From Asterias rubens (lineage: Eukaryota): DNA of 64,000 bases. This document shows, piece after piece, positions 35,740 to 48,480 of the stretch; within the stretch, counting starts at the first letter, position 1; every line of letters starts with the position of its first letter. The stretch covers positions 5,952,001 through 6,016,000 of the forward strand of contig NC_047068.1 in assembly GCF_902459465.1 (NCBI RefSeq), written 5' to 3'. The position numbers and the translations under genes were made by a program. The notes beneath the pieces are model-generated. The model was not told the origin of the DNA. It did not search any database and saw nothing but the letters and a program-made list of their open reading frames with translations.

Positions 35740-38700
35740 CGGAACTGCAACAGCGATCTGAAAAAATAATGTCAAACAAAGGGGACAAAATACGTATCAG
35801 CATTGATGTTGCCACATTTTGTTTAGGTATTTATAGTTCCATGTTTTCTATAGTTGTTTTGAATCGTTGCTGTTGTCTCTGCCTAATTGTTTTAAACTTA
35901 TGTGTGATGAAATATGTTAGTGCCCTGCAGCCGATTTCACGAAACGCTAGGAATAATCCCATCTCGAGTTGGGACGAGTAACCCGTCCTAACTTAGGATG
36001 GGTTTAATGCGTCCTACGTCTTCGGATACGGAACTTTACTCGTTCTAATAATAATAATAATATCGAAGTCTTATAAAGTGCACGTATCTACCGAACGTAT
36101 CTACGTCTTAAGATTAATCCTATGTTAGGAAAAGTTTTGTGAAATAGACGGCTAACCTTTCGAACATATAGCAGAATCTCTGTCAAACAGGGATGTCGAG
36201 AAATTGCTTAATTTAAAAAACTCACATTCAATTTGAGTTTTGGATATTCAGATCATTACTTTCCGAAATTAAACTACTTTCCAACAAAACACAATTAAGA
36301 AAACAAATTAAAAAAATCGCAAAATAAAAACTTGAGAAATTTGGTTTTCTCCGATGGGAAATCGGTAAAAACAAGAAGGTTGTATTTAGTCGAGTGATTT
36401 TCTGATTCCCTTTTCTGGTTTAAGTATAAATTCGTAAATAATTGAATACTTCATTAATATGTTCTTTACATTTTTGTATGTATTTGTTTTATCTACAGCT
36501 GCTTTACGCTCTTAGGGTGGACAAGTGTACATTTAAGTTGTTTGTTATTGAAGTTTTGGACTGTTATTATCAACGGGGTTTAAAAGGGTGTGATAATAAA
36601 AATGTTGGTGCTACCCTATCCAATGTAGCTGTATCTGTTGACTTGTTGTATTTTGAAAAACATACATTTGTGACAAAAACTGAAACTGTGTGTATGACTA
36701 TTTCCACTAGTGTTTTTTTTTGACTGGGAAAAGGTTGGGAAATAGTTCAAAGAAATTATGACCATGAACTGTTTCTTTTTCTCTATAAAAATGATCTTTT
36801 GAAGATCTTTGGACTCTCTACAATATTTGTCTTTTCGCACGAGGCACACTTTGGTGTTTTTAAAGCCTTGCTAAAATTTAGCAAGAGACCCTTGCTAAAT
36901 TGCTCTCGTGTGAAAGAGGCTTTAGAGTCGCAGTGGCTTGTTTACTCCTCGGCACTCGCTAAAGGGGAATAACATCAACTTAATCATAAATAATACGCTA
37001 GAATAAGCGAGTGTCATAGCTTACCCTTTTCCTTAATATTCAGCAGAAATAATGAATTTCTCTCTGAATTAACTGATGTCGGACGTTGCGGCAAATCCAG
37101 ACGATCCTTCTTCATCTGTCGATGTGTGTTCTGTTTTCTTGATTTCGTAATGCGACACACCAAAGTGTCATCGCAGGGGTGGATTAAATAATTGATATTA
37201 TGCAAATGACTTTGCCCAAAATAGACTGCTAAGCGGATCTAACAATTGGAAGGACGTTTATTGTGACTAGGTGACGAATAAACCTATATTCAGCTCGAAT
37301 TGAAGGGATGGATTATTGTTGATTAAAAACAAACACCTTAAAGGGCAAGGTATACTTTTGGTAATAACTTTTAAAATGAATGACAATACAAACATTGTTT
37401 TAGAAGTAAAACAGCTTTCGATAGTATAAATCAATAATTTCAGAATAGTTTTAGTAAAATATATTAGTTATCCGATAAAAGTTTTATCTGAGAAACGTTA
37501 CTGTCAGATGCGTTTCTCAGATTGTTTATTCAAACAATGTGTTTTTTTTCCTGCGTGGACATAGCGGTTCCAGATTTTCGATGCTGTTTAAAATACGCGA
37601 CTATTTTGAAATGAATAAACGAATTTCACTTTTCAGTACATTTGCACTCTTCGCAGGATCCCGAGACTAATTCAAGGTTTGGAAAAAGCCCAAAGCCGTG
37701 TGTATATGTATGGCTTCATGCAGTGGCTACGCCCTCAACGCCGAGTGAATGACTTGTCTCTAAACAGCCGTAGCCGTAGCCAAAGCCAACACAAAAGTCA
37801 AATACTCAACGAAGTAACAGATGTTATTCTTTAATGGGAGAAATATATATTGACATGTTAAATTGAATAAAATAATTTATACACACCACTACGATTGCCT
37901 TCAATAAAACCCATAATACTGCTCTAAAAAGACACATAATATTAATAAACAGCTCTGAATAGACCGAGTAAAGGTTTCCTAAGAGGCATTTCGGGGCAAA
38001 CATGGCTCATTTTAGGGGGGTCTTGCGTAGACTTGGTTCCAAGTCTGTGATTGTGGCTTTTAGTCGTCATGATAACCGCTACACTATTGGCTGAAACAGC
38101 GCCCTCTCGTCATAAATCTCCCTCATTAGCCTACGATCTAAGGCCGGGCGCGTGGATAGCTAATACTGTTGGGGCCTTTTTAAAATCAAGTCTAGGTCTT
38201 GATTAAGGTGGTTAATTGAAAAAAAATAAAGGATAAAGGTATGCAGTTTTTGTCATGAATTGAACACAAACCATTGTAGGCCTAAATCTAAACTTGCATC
38301 TTCATAAAGTTTGTTTATTAATGTGTGAAAAGTAGCAGTGAATGTTGGTTGGGATGAAAACTAATTCTTTTACTTTGTTTTACTTTGGCGTGTTGACGAC
38401 GCTAGAGGGCGCAGCGCTCGTAATTTCATTCGAGTAATAACGGTGCACTCGCACAGCAGAGATTGCAAAATGCTACATATTAAAAAATACACGAAGAAAT
38501 ACTTACAAGTCTCACAGCTTTTAACTGTTAAGGGGAAATCATTCATCGAGTCTTGGATTCTCATCATCTGCTCAAGTTGATGTTGTCACAGAATGAATTT
38601 CAAACTTTTTATGAAACTACGTGTGCGCTTCTCTTACGGAAGACCCACGTCAACTTTATTTTGTATAACCATAGTTCCCGTGCGCCAACCGAAGCTTCTG

Positions 38701-39864
38701 AAGTGCTAGAGGTATATTTTGCAAGACTCAACGAAACTTTGGTTTAATTTATACTATACTTAAATTATCATTGATGAAAATGCGTAGTCAAAGAATAAAC
38801 CTAGTCACGGTAAAGTGACATTTTGCAATGCTTTTTTGATAGGTCTGAATGCAATAGAAAATGTGGCCGATTTTGTTTTGAGTGGAATACACATGATCTA
38901 AAACCGTACTTATGACATGATATTGATAGGTAAATGTGTTTTCCATTCAACTTTGTCGTTTTCATTAATGGCGTCACCGATAAATATAAGAGTATGTTCG
39001 GGTATTAGTAATTACCTTTGATTATAGTTTAAACATCACGCATGCATGGCGTGCATTTTCACTCGGAGAGGCATCTATATGGTCGATTACATCGTCAATG
39101 TCATATTAATTTGCCATGGCAACGACTTAATGGCAAGATAAAATGTGTTCGTTCGCTCTGCTCTCAGTAATTTTGATGGCAATTATTTGGTAAAATTTAA
39201 ATTGAATTTTGGTTTGAAGGCGTTATCGGGAATTATTGCAATACAAATCTATCGCACAGGCAATCATCACCATAATCGGCCTCGCACGGCTGAACAGCGT
39301 GCCGTTTTTGGTAACTGTTTTGTCACTAACCCCTGGTATTGACACTGCGCTGCCCATGTTAGCGAGGCTGGAGCAAAAGGTCACGGCGAGATCGATCACC
39401 CCGACGAACGAGGTTGCATCGTGGTGAGAGAATGCTTTGGTTTAAAGGCACATTCACGCAACAAATCTGCAAGGGTTTTCCCCCCAAAAAGCACTGTCAG
39501 CTATAAAGAGGGATGGAGCTTCCAATCACTCACAGGACAAATACCACAACTGCTAAGCCTAATTGACAGCATAAGCACAAAGCAAAACATGGATTTTGCA
39601 ACCCACCCTCTCCAGGACAGCAGCAATGCTTTTTGAATAGTACACTACAATATTACGAGGTTAAAGATTCAAAATAAGAAATACAAGTACTGTCATGGGA
39701 GGAATAAACACAATGGGTGGTAAAGTTTAAACCACTGTCATTTAATGACTCTCGTTTGACAAAAACTTTACATTTCCTGTCAAACTCACTGGCCGATGAA
39801 CATTCCCTCTGGATGTCACCATGTCATCCTTTTTGTTTTACACGAGACCAATAAGCAACGACTA

Positions 39865-40215
39865 ACAGCAGCAGCAACAACAATATTCACAACAGCAGCA
39901 CAAGAAATGCTAACCCGCGCAGCAACAGCACCTTTAACAGCAGCATCATTCACAGCAGCAGCAACAGCATCATTCACAGTAGCAGCAACAGCAGTATTCA
40001 CAGCAGCAGCAACAGCAGTATTCACAGTAGCAGCAACAGCAGTATTCACAGCAGCAGCAACAGCAATATCTACAGTAATTCATGTTAACAGTAGTAACAA
40101 GAGCAACAACAACAACAACAACAACAATATTGACAGCAACAGCAGCAGCAGCAGCAACAACAGTTACGGTATTAACAGCAGCAGCAACATCAATTTTAAC
40201 AGCATCTGAAACAGC
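39865..40215. repeat. (CAG/CAA)n compound trinucleotide array with a 24-bp higher-order unit
   Basis: Direct reading (ACAGCAGCAGCAACAGCAGTATTC repeats). Confidence 0.9.
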
Positions 40216-40373
40216 ATCAGAAAAAACAAATTCCTGGTTGGTAATCCTGTTTTTATCAAAAAGGCAACAATTTCATGCTAAGCAATTTTGTGTGTGCTTA
40301 GCTGCTCGACGAAATTGAGCCCTGGTGTTTCACCAGAATCGAAGGGTGACTAATGAATACCTCACATGGAGAT

Positions 40374-42304
40374 TTATTCTCGGTTTTGGCATCCAAGCCA
40401 GTTCCTAATCTCAACTGGGTCCCGACCGACAACCACGGTGTCCATGAACTTCACCGGGTACTGCCGGGCCGTGGTTTGGGTGTTTATGCCCCCGAGACGG
40501 ATCCGCTTGCAGAGGCATGGATCGGGCTGAGGTACGAGCCATCGAGCGCGGTTATTAGACTCGGGATCGGGCTCCATCATGACGTAGCATGTCCCAGATT
40601 CTACAAAAAAAGGAAACAAAAGACACAAATTAATGATTAATTTATAAAATATTGCAATTTGGTTGAGTTTATAATATTACCGTGGTTTAATACCAACAAG
40701 TTCTTGTGAAATGGCACCTAAAGCCAAACTGTTTTTACATATAAAGCCATTTTGAGATATGGAGGACACGTACTACAACTATATTAGGTTTGGGTAAATT
40801 TATCTGTCTATACGCCCAACAGTGCACTCCTTGTCGAGTCTACAGGTGACATAAAGGCAGTGGACACCATTGGTAGTTGTCAAATACTAGCCTTCACAGT
40901 TGGTGTATCTCAACATATGCATAAAATAACAAACCTGTGAAAATTTGAGCTCAATCGGTCATCGAACTTGCGAGATAATAATGAAAAAAAAAAAAACACC
41001 CTTGTCACACGAAGTTGTGTGCGTTTAGATTGTTGATTTCGAGACCACAAGTTCTGAGGTCTTGAAATCAAATTCGTAGAGAATTACTTCTTTCTCGAAA
41101 ACTTTGGCACTTCAGAGGGAGCCATATTTTATACCATCAACCTCTCCCCATTACTCGTCACCAAGAAAGGTTTTATGCTAATAATTATTTTGAGTAATTA
41201 CCAATAGCGTCCACTGCCTTTAACAGCGTCGCCATTCAAAACTAACTTTGTATTGGCCCTTTGAGCCGGTAATTGCAAGATGAAAATCTGGTCATCAAAA
41301 CTAGATCTGTTCTATCAGCCCTACCTTCGTTTGGTGAGCTGCTATGAACAGTCACCTTATCGGACGGTTCGGGTGCCTTCACTTGTGTAGTCTCAACGGG
41401 GCTCTTTCCACCAGTCGAGGTCGTGCTCACTACGGTCGACATCTCGGTCTGTACTCTCGTGTTTAACTCTGAACTGGGCTCGGCTAGGATCTGATCTAAA
41501 TTTTGAGGAGCTGTCGAAGTTACTGGTGAGGTAGTCTCGCCAGTAAACAAGGTCTTCGTGGTTACTTCTTCGCTGGTTACCACTTCGCTGGTTACCCCGT
41601 TGCTGGTTACTCCTTTGCTGGTACCCCCTTCGCTGGTTCCCCCTTCTCTAATTACCACTTCGCTGGTCACCACGTCAGTTGTCACCACGGCAGAGGTTAC
41701 CAAGGGAGCAGTTCCGGCACGGGTAAGAACATGATAAGTCGTCCTGTAAGTCTCGGTTGATCCTTCCGTGGTTGCCACTCGGGTAGGCTCGGGCTGAGCC
41801 TGACCTAAAGTGGAGGGGACGTCCGTCATTGCAGGGTCAGTGGTGATCACATTATACTGCGTGTTGGTCGGTGCTTGTTCGCACAGAATAGTCGAGGATA
41901 GCAGTGAGCCACACGAGAGTGATGTCAAGACTCCATTGCCAAGTTCATCCACCACGTTCAGCACTAGACATTGACTACTAGCCATCGATGAAGGTTGGCC
42001 TTCTTTCCAAGCTGATGAAAGGGATACCAGAAATACACCAAAAATATTGTTTACTGAGATGACAGGACAGAGACGGCCCCTTTAATAAAAAAAAACCCCA
42101 TCATTAATACCACAGTGTATTATACGACAGTGCCACAGCTGTGTACTAAAAGAGTTGCTACGAGGTGGCAAGTTTTCTTTGGTAACGATGTTGCTGGAGG
42201 ACGACATTTCTGTCCAATGTGTAGAACAACCCATTGCATTGCAATGTGTACCAAATCATCGAATAATTGTAGGGAGAGGTCATGTAAGCCCCCCCCCCCC
42301 CCCC

Positions 42305-42337
<33 letters not shown>

Positions 42338-44226
42338 CAAAAATACACAAAAAAACCACACACACACGCACACAGGGGCCTAACTCCTCCCACTATGTTG
42401 AATGGTCAATTCTAGGATATCAATGAATTTGACGTCCATCATACAGTAATTATGCTTAAAGTTTTTAAATAGTGTTAAAGAGTCCCGAAAACGCCTATGA
42501 CGAGCAAAGTTGACAATCTACTATAGACTTGACTCAAGTCCTAATCGCGTGCCATCACCAGAAAAATATTGTTTTGTGATGCTGTGCGTTCGGGACGACA
42601 TTTTGACGGCGGATGCGCACTGCTATACGGCTTGTTTGCTATGTTGGCGTGGTATGGTTAGGGACCTCTCACACCAGAACGGGACTTGAATCAAGTCTAC
42701 ATGATATACGGCTTGTTTGCTATGTTGGCGTGGTATGGTTAGGGACCTCTCACACCAGAACAGGACTTGAATCACGTCTACATGATATACGGCTTGTTTG
42801 CTACAGTTGGCACGATATGCTTAGGGACCTCTCACACGAGAACGGGACTTGAATCAAGTCTAAATCTACTCACGCCAGTGTCCTCTGGAATTCTCCGAGT
42901 TGTAGAATGAGTCGTGGTCTACGCAGGTGAACTTCTCCCATGAAGAAGAATTACATCCTAACCACGCGTTGTTACTCAACACCTCGGTGAGCGTGTACAG
43001 TGCGTCGAACTCAGCAGCGGTGTCGATGACGGGAAGGTCGGCCCCCATTTTGAGGCAAGTTTGCCTCGCTGTGGCCCATGTGAGTGATGTGTAGGTGGCG
43101 GTAGGATTGGCATAGTAACACTGATTACCAATTGCATTCCATTTAGATAAACACTCAACTGTTCATTAAAAAAAGAACAAAATAACAACAATTTCTTTTT
43201 ACGTGTTTTTGTTTTATATTAACACCATTTCAAAAGTCACGGCAAGAGGCCGAATTGAATTTGAGTAACTATTGTGTGCAAAATCGGTTTGTCATTATTG
43301 TCAATGTTGTAGATGAAACCAAATTATAGTTTGTTTTTAATAAATCAAATTGGAATAGCCTATAGAACACCTGGACATGTAAACAACACATACTTATTTA
43401 AAAAAAAAAAAAACGGTCAAAAGGAAATGCAAAACGAACCCTATGGAAAAGGCATGTCAATGTGCCGACAACATGCCACAGGAGCGTTGCAACTAAACAG
43501 ATCCCTTCAAACAGCTGATAATTAAGCAACACATCTGCTCATCAGCAAACCTCTTTGCTGAGCAAACAATGTGTGGGGCACCAGTCACACCAAAGAAAAC
43601 AAACATAATTTTGGCTGGTAAACTTTCTCTGCTAAGCAATTCGTTTTTAAGCTTAGCGGGTTTGTGTGTTTACATGAAGGCTTTATATGAAACTTGGCCA
43701 AGGGTGAGGGTTATGAATGAACGTAACTTATCGCAATAGCAGTTAACACTATTAAAAGAACATCATCACTTTAAAAAATAATTTGAAAAGTCGCCTTTGA
43801 ATTCGTTCACGTCAAATAAAAACTTCCTGTGANNNNNNNNNNNNNNNNNNNNNNNNNNNNNNNNNNNNNNNNNNNNNNNNNNNNNNNNNNNNNNNNNNNN
43901 NNNNNNNNNNNNNNNNNNNNNNNNNNNNNNNNNNNNNNNNNNNNNNNNNNNNNNNNNNNNNNNNNNNNNNNNNNNNNNNNNNNNNNNNNNNNNNNNNNNN
44001 NNNNNNNNNNNNNNNNNNNNNNNNNNNNNNNNNNNNNNNNNNNNNNNNNNNNNNTATTGTATATCCCCAAAATACTTGTTTAATTTATGGTAAACTTACC
44101 GGCGTTTGAGTAAGGCATGCCAACAACCAATACGAGCAAACCCACGATTATTTGCCTGTGAATGTAAACAACATTACAACAACAGCAATGTCAGCCAATA
44201 ATGTGAAATTAATTATTGCGTCACAT
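40374..44226 (-). CDS. Secreted C-type lectin domain + Thr/Ser-rich mucin-like stalk + Cys-containing C-terminal domain, ~418 aa; exons 44226-44225 (AT), 44155-44100, 43158-42874, 42011-41325, 40600-40374
   Basis: MQIIVGLLVLVVGMPYSNA|VECLSKWNAIGNQCYYANP...WATARQTCLKMGADLPVID...NAWLGC...TC...W|PWKEGQPSS...QCLVL...SCGSLLSSTILCEQ is a long-form CTLD. It is followed by a T/S/E-rich stalk and a 75-aa terminal exon. All junctions GT-AG and phase-consistent (2,1,1,1); 1257 coding nt including stop; AATAAA overlaps the stop. One intron contains an N gap, so an extra exon cannot be excluded. Confidence 0.85.
40795..41219. mobile_element. Family A MITE in the last intron of the lectin gene
   Basis: TIRs AGGCAGTGGACAC / GTCCACTGCCT|TTAA. 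Confidence 0.8.
42625..42862. repeat. 81-bp tandem repeat x~2.9
   Basis: Units start at 42625, 42706 and 42787. Confidence 0.95.
43833..44054. other. Assembly gap
   Basis: N run. Confidence 1.
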
Positions 44227-44245
44227 GGTGAACGCACATTGTTAA

Positions 44246-44278
44246 GAATGAAAACTAAAATGTTCAATGATTTATATA
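44246..44278 (-). promoter_or_regulatory. TATA box + initiator of the lectin gene
   Basis: TATATAAA (44278-44271) lies 29 nt upstream of an Inr-like TCATTC (A at 44249), 23 nt before the AT|G. Confidence 0.7.
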
Positions 44279-45559
44279 CAAATAAACTAATATAACAATT
44301 GTCAATAAATTATTTTTGATATTATCTTAAAAGGAAAATGAGATTTCGCGTGACCGCGCGTTTAAGTATATATGACGTCCATAGCAACACACTTAATTAT
44401 ATATTGAGAACACACATAGGAATATGAAATAGAGAATTAAATAATATAATGAGAAACCTCAAAGGAATATGACGTTAAGGATTAAATGTATAATTAGGAC
44501 AAAAAAGACAGATTGCGTAAAGGATTTATTATATAATGAGGACAATGCAGGAAGATTGCGTCAAGAGGACTCACAAAGGAAGGGTGCGTAAAAAAAAAAA
44601 AAAAAATGAGTAAACACAAATGAATGTGACGTAGATGATTGGTATAGGACACAGCGTGGGAATTGAAGGATATTTGATTCTATTTGTACCTAAAGTAAAC
44701 TTTAACAATATTATATTTCATATGAATAAAATGATACCTCCTAGATAATTTAAAAAAAAGTGAACAGGCATCGAGTATTCGGTTGTTACTTCAATTGAAA
44801 GATTTACGGTGAGAATCATTTCATTCCCAGTTCGTTTAGATGAAAACGCACTCACAAAACGTATAGTCGTTTTTTGCATCAACTATTTTTCACCATGAAA
44901 TTTCATTTTGACTTACAACACATTCCCAAGTTTGGGTCAGCTTATAATCCAAAACACTATTTTAAAGTGCACATTGTTTTTACAACTTTAGATGACGCCA
45001 GTAAGAAATTGCGTTAATTTACGTCGAGGAAGAGATGGCGTGAAATATGATAAGTGCTATTGTCGTCTGACACGCACGGTAAAAAAACCATTCTGTTTGT
45101 ATTTAAAACTGAATAAATGGGGAATAATTTGTAGTTCCAAATAATTGAGCGTCATTAAAAAAAAAAGTTTCATAAAAGAGATAGTATACGCTGAGTGCGT
45201 TTTTTTCGAACACACTGGTAATTTATTCTTCTTTGTAAATATTTCACTTAGATACAATTAAGAGTTGAGTATTCAATGACTGGTCCACAGTACAACGCAA
45301 AATTGAAGGACGGATCGTTTTACTCTTCTATTTTTCATCCTTTACGCAACCTTCCTTCGTGTGATGACCTACACTTTCATATTAATCCTTTTTTTCATAC
45401 ATTTCCTTTGATTGTCCGCATTATATATTTTCTTTTGTGTGTTATCTATAGAAACGTGTCTTACATTTACGCCAGGGAGGAATAGTGTCCTTGGAAAAAA
45501 GCCGAACTATCAAAATCCAGAATCATAAAGAGTCAATTCAGGTAAATAATAAATTGACA

Positions 45560-46640
45560 TAGTTGCTCACGGTCAAAAATGATTTTTTTTTAATACTTTG
45601 TGGGTGGAAGGGCCTTGGTGTGCAAGTAAAAAAAATTGCATTTTCAATTCCATATATAGCCCGTTGCCATGGTTACGGCTCATTTGGTGTTTTGGCCATT
45701 TTAGGCCGATTTTGGGGTCTGAAAAACAACTCCACCCCACCAAAATGCAAAATTATTTCAAAAAACCTGGTATATCACTACAAAGTATCATCCTTGGCCT
45801 TCCTTGAGAAAAAAAATTATTGCTTTAAATATCACCCTTGTGCTATTTTTGCATCATGCATTAGAGTATGTTTTTAGAATTTTCAAAATCGCCATTTTTA
45901 CCCTAATTTTTGACCCCAAAATGTCAACTTGCCAGGGGTCTCAGAAAATTTTCCTTACGGCTGTGGTTAGGGCCAACATTGGTATTTTCATATCTGGTGA
46001 GAAAAACTTAGGCAATCGTATCCTGTTGTGACAGTACTGCCTCAAAACTAGACTTTTTTCCCCAAAACGTGAAAAAAAGCTTTTTAAGGGTCTTTTCAAA
46101 TAATATTGACATACGTGTCCACGGTGAAAAAAAGGAATATTTTTTCGTATACTTTGTGGATGGTAGGGACTTGGGGTCCAAATAAACAAAGTTTACATTT
46201 CAAATCATTATATAATACGTTGCCATGGTAGCAGTTCATTTGTGTTTAGGCCACTTTAGGCCGATTTGGGGGTCTGAAAAACTGTTTTTTAGTTAATATT
46301 TACAAGTCCACCCCACCAAAAAACACAAATATTTCATAAAACCTTTTACATCACTACAAAGTATCATCCTTGGATTTACTTGAGTCAAAACATTATTGCT
46401 ATAAATTTCACCCTTGTGCTATTTTAGATTGTGCATTAGAGTATGTTTTTCGAACTTGCAAAATCAAAATTTTTACCATATTTTTTGCCCTCAAAATTTC
46501 ATTTTTTCAGGGGTCTCAGAATATTTTCCTTTCGGTTTTGATTAGGGCCAAAATTGATCTTTTTATTTCTGGTAAGAAAAACTTGGGCAAGTGTATCCTG
46601 ATGTAAAAAATAATATACTTTTTTTCCCAAAACAGAAAAA
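45560..46640. repeat. Diverged ~550-bp tandem duplication (probably transposon-internal)
   Basis: Blocks TTAGGCCGATTT.GGGGTCTGAAAAAC, ATCACTACAAAGTATCATCCTTGG and CACCCTTGTGCTATTTT each occur twice about 570-590 bp apart. Confidence 0.8.
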
Positions 46641-47423
46641 TGCATTTTGAATTGTTTTTTCTTCATATTAAATTTATAACATTAAAAAGTAATAATTCTA
46701 TCAATCTTGCAGCTCTTCCTAAGCACTCTGCAGGCTTAGTGGATTACCCAACATTGATCAGGAACTGTTGATGACATAAATTTTATAATTTGGCGGCCCA
46801 GCCCCAATCATATTCCTTGACATTGCATAAAACAATGTTTTGTGAATAGCGCCTCTTTTCTGAAAGTGTTCCCTTTCGGTTGTGATTGGGGCGATTATTT
46901 GTGTTTTCATGTCTTCTGGGGAGAAACACTTGGGTTTATTGTATCCTGTTGTGACACTATACCTGCCTCAAGTATAGTAAAAAAAAAAATTAAATTACAA
47001 ACAATGCATGCTTGTAAAAATCTGGCACTGTTTCCATGCCCTTTGAGTATTGAATACAAAGTTTTTATTTAAACATAATGGTATCCAACCAAGCCATAAC
47101 CAATGCTTTGCCCACTGAGAGTTCTTGATTTGGCTACTTTACCTATTGTATCTGGGTATGATTCCCATTGCAAGTAGAGTGCGCATTCTTTACAAGTTGT
47201 CTTTAATACAGGGCCTTCTCTCCTTGGTCCCTGCCTGCTACTAAATGTAAAACTTTTCATAAAGATAGAGATCATAAACAATATAGTTTCTGGGCTGCAG
47301 ATGGTTTGGAGCATCCAATCATGTCCAACACAAATGTGGGAAATTAAAAAGCCTCCGCTTAAAAGTGTTGGAAAAAGTTTGCCAAGATCTTATTAAAAAC
47401 AATGATACTAACGTATCATTTAA

Positions 47424-47780
47424 AAGGAACACGTTGCCTGGGATCGGTCAAGTTGGTCTTTGAAATGCGATTGTAACCGTTTGTTATAAAATGCATATGA
47501 CAAGTTGCGAGATAACAATGAAAAAAAAATATCCCTGTCAAACGAAGTTGTGCGCTTTCAGATGCTTGATTTCGGGACCTCAAATTCTAAATCCGAGGTC
47601 TCGAAATCAAATTCGAGGAAAAATTACTTCTTTCTCAAAAACTACGTTACTTCACAGGGAGCCCGCTTCTCAAAATGGTTTATACTACCAACAGCTCCCC
47701 ATTACTCGTTACCAAGGAAGGTTAATATATATTTATGCAAAAAATCAGTTTGAATAATTACCAATAGTGTCCACTGCCTT
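47424..47780. mobile_element. Chimeric MITE: family B left end joined to family A right half
   Basis: Starts AGGAACACGTTGCC (B), switches at ATGCATATG to family A internal sequence, ends GTCCACTGCCT|TTAA. Confidence 0.7.
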
Positions 47781-47942
47781 TAAGACACATCGATATAAGG
47801 TTAAAAACCAATTACATAACATAACAATTGCCGTACACTATATTCATTCAAGGGACGTAATATTGGCAGATAGCCAACACTATAGCCTATACTAGACAGA
47901 CATATCCGCTGACTTTTAAAGCGAGCAGCCACACTGTATCAA

Positions 47943-48319
47943 AGGCAGTGGACACTGTTGGTAATTGTCCAAGACTACCCTTCACAGTTAGTGTATCTCA
48001 ACATATGCATAAAATAACAAACCTGTGAAAATTTGAGCTCAATCGGTCGTCGAAGTCGCGAGATAATAAGGAAAGAAAAACAACCTTGTCAAACGAAGTT
48101 GTGTGCTTTCTGATGCTTGATTTCGAGACCTCAAATTCTAAACTTGAGGTCTCGAAATCAAATTCGATGAAAATTACTTCTTTCTCGAAAACTACTTCAC
48201 TTCAGAGGGAGCCGTTTCTCACAATGTTTCATACTATCAACCTCTTCCCATTACTCGTAATCAAGAAAGGTTTTATGATGATAATTATTTTGAGTAATTA
48301 CCAATAGTGTCTACTGCCT
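47943..48319. mobile_element. Family A MITE
   Basis: Full TIR-to-TIR copy. Confidence 0.8.
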
Positions 48320-48324
48320 TTAAA

Positions 48325-48480
48325 CGAACCCCGGTGACCGGACTCAAAGTGTTTCTGACTAAGCAGCAGAGTGTAGGTTGGAGTCCCGGTCCTGGCACTA
48401 ATGAGCCATGTATCATAGTTGCTCTGTCTTTCGGATGGGGACATTAAGCCGTAGGTATCGTGTACCAGTAGTGCATGATT
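48325..48480 (+). mobile_element. tRNA-SINE head remnant (another at 17595-17650 reverse)
   Basis: CAGCAGAGTGT(A/G)GGTT(G/C)GAGTCCCGGTC B-box block shared between the two sites. Confidence 0.5.

Noticed and set aside
39796-40318. Poly-Ala/Thr and poly-Asn/Ser ORFs
   Set aside because: By-products of a (CAG/CAA)n array that is open on both strands; no splice or homology support.
43807-44083. ORFs spanning N runs (also 62344-62877)
   Set aside because: Artefacts of assembly gaps.
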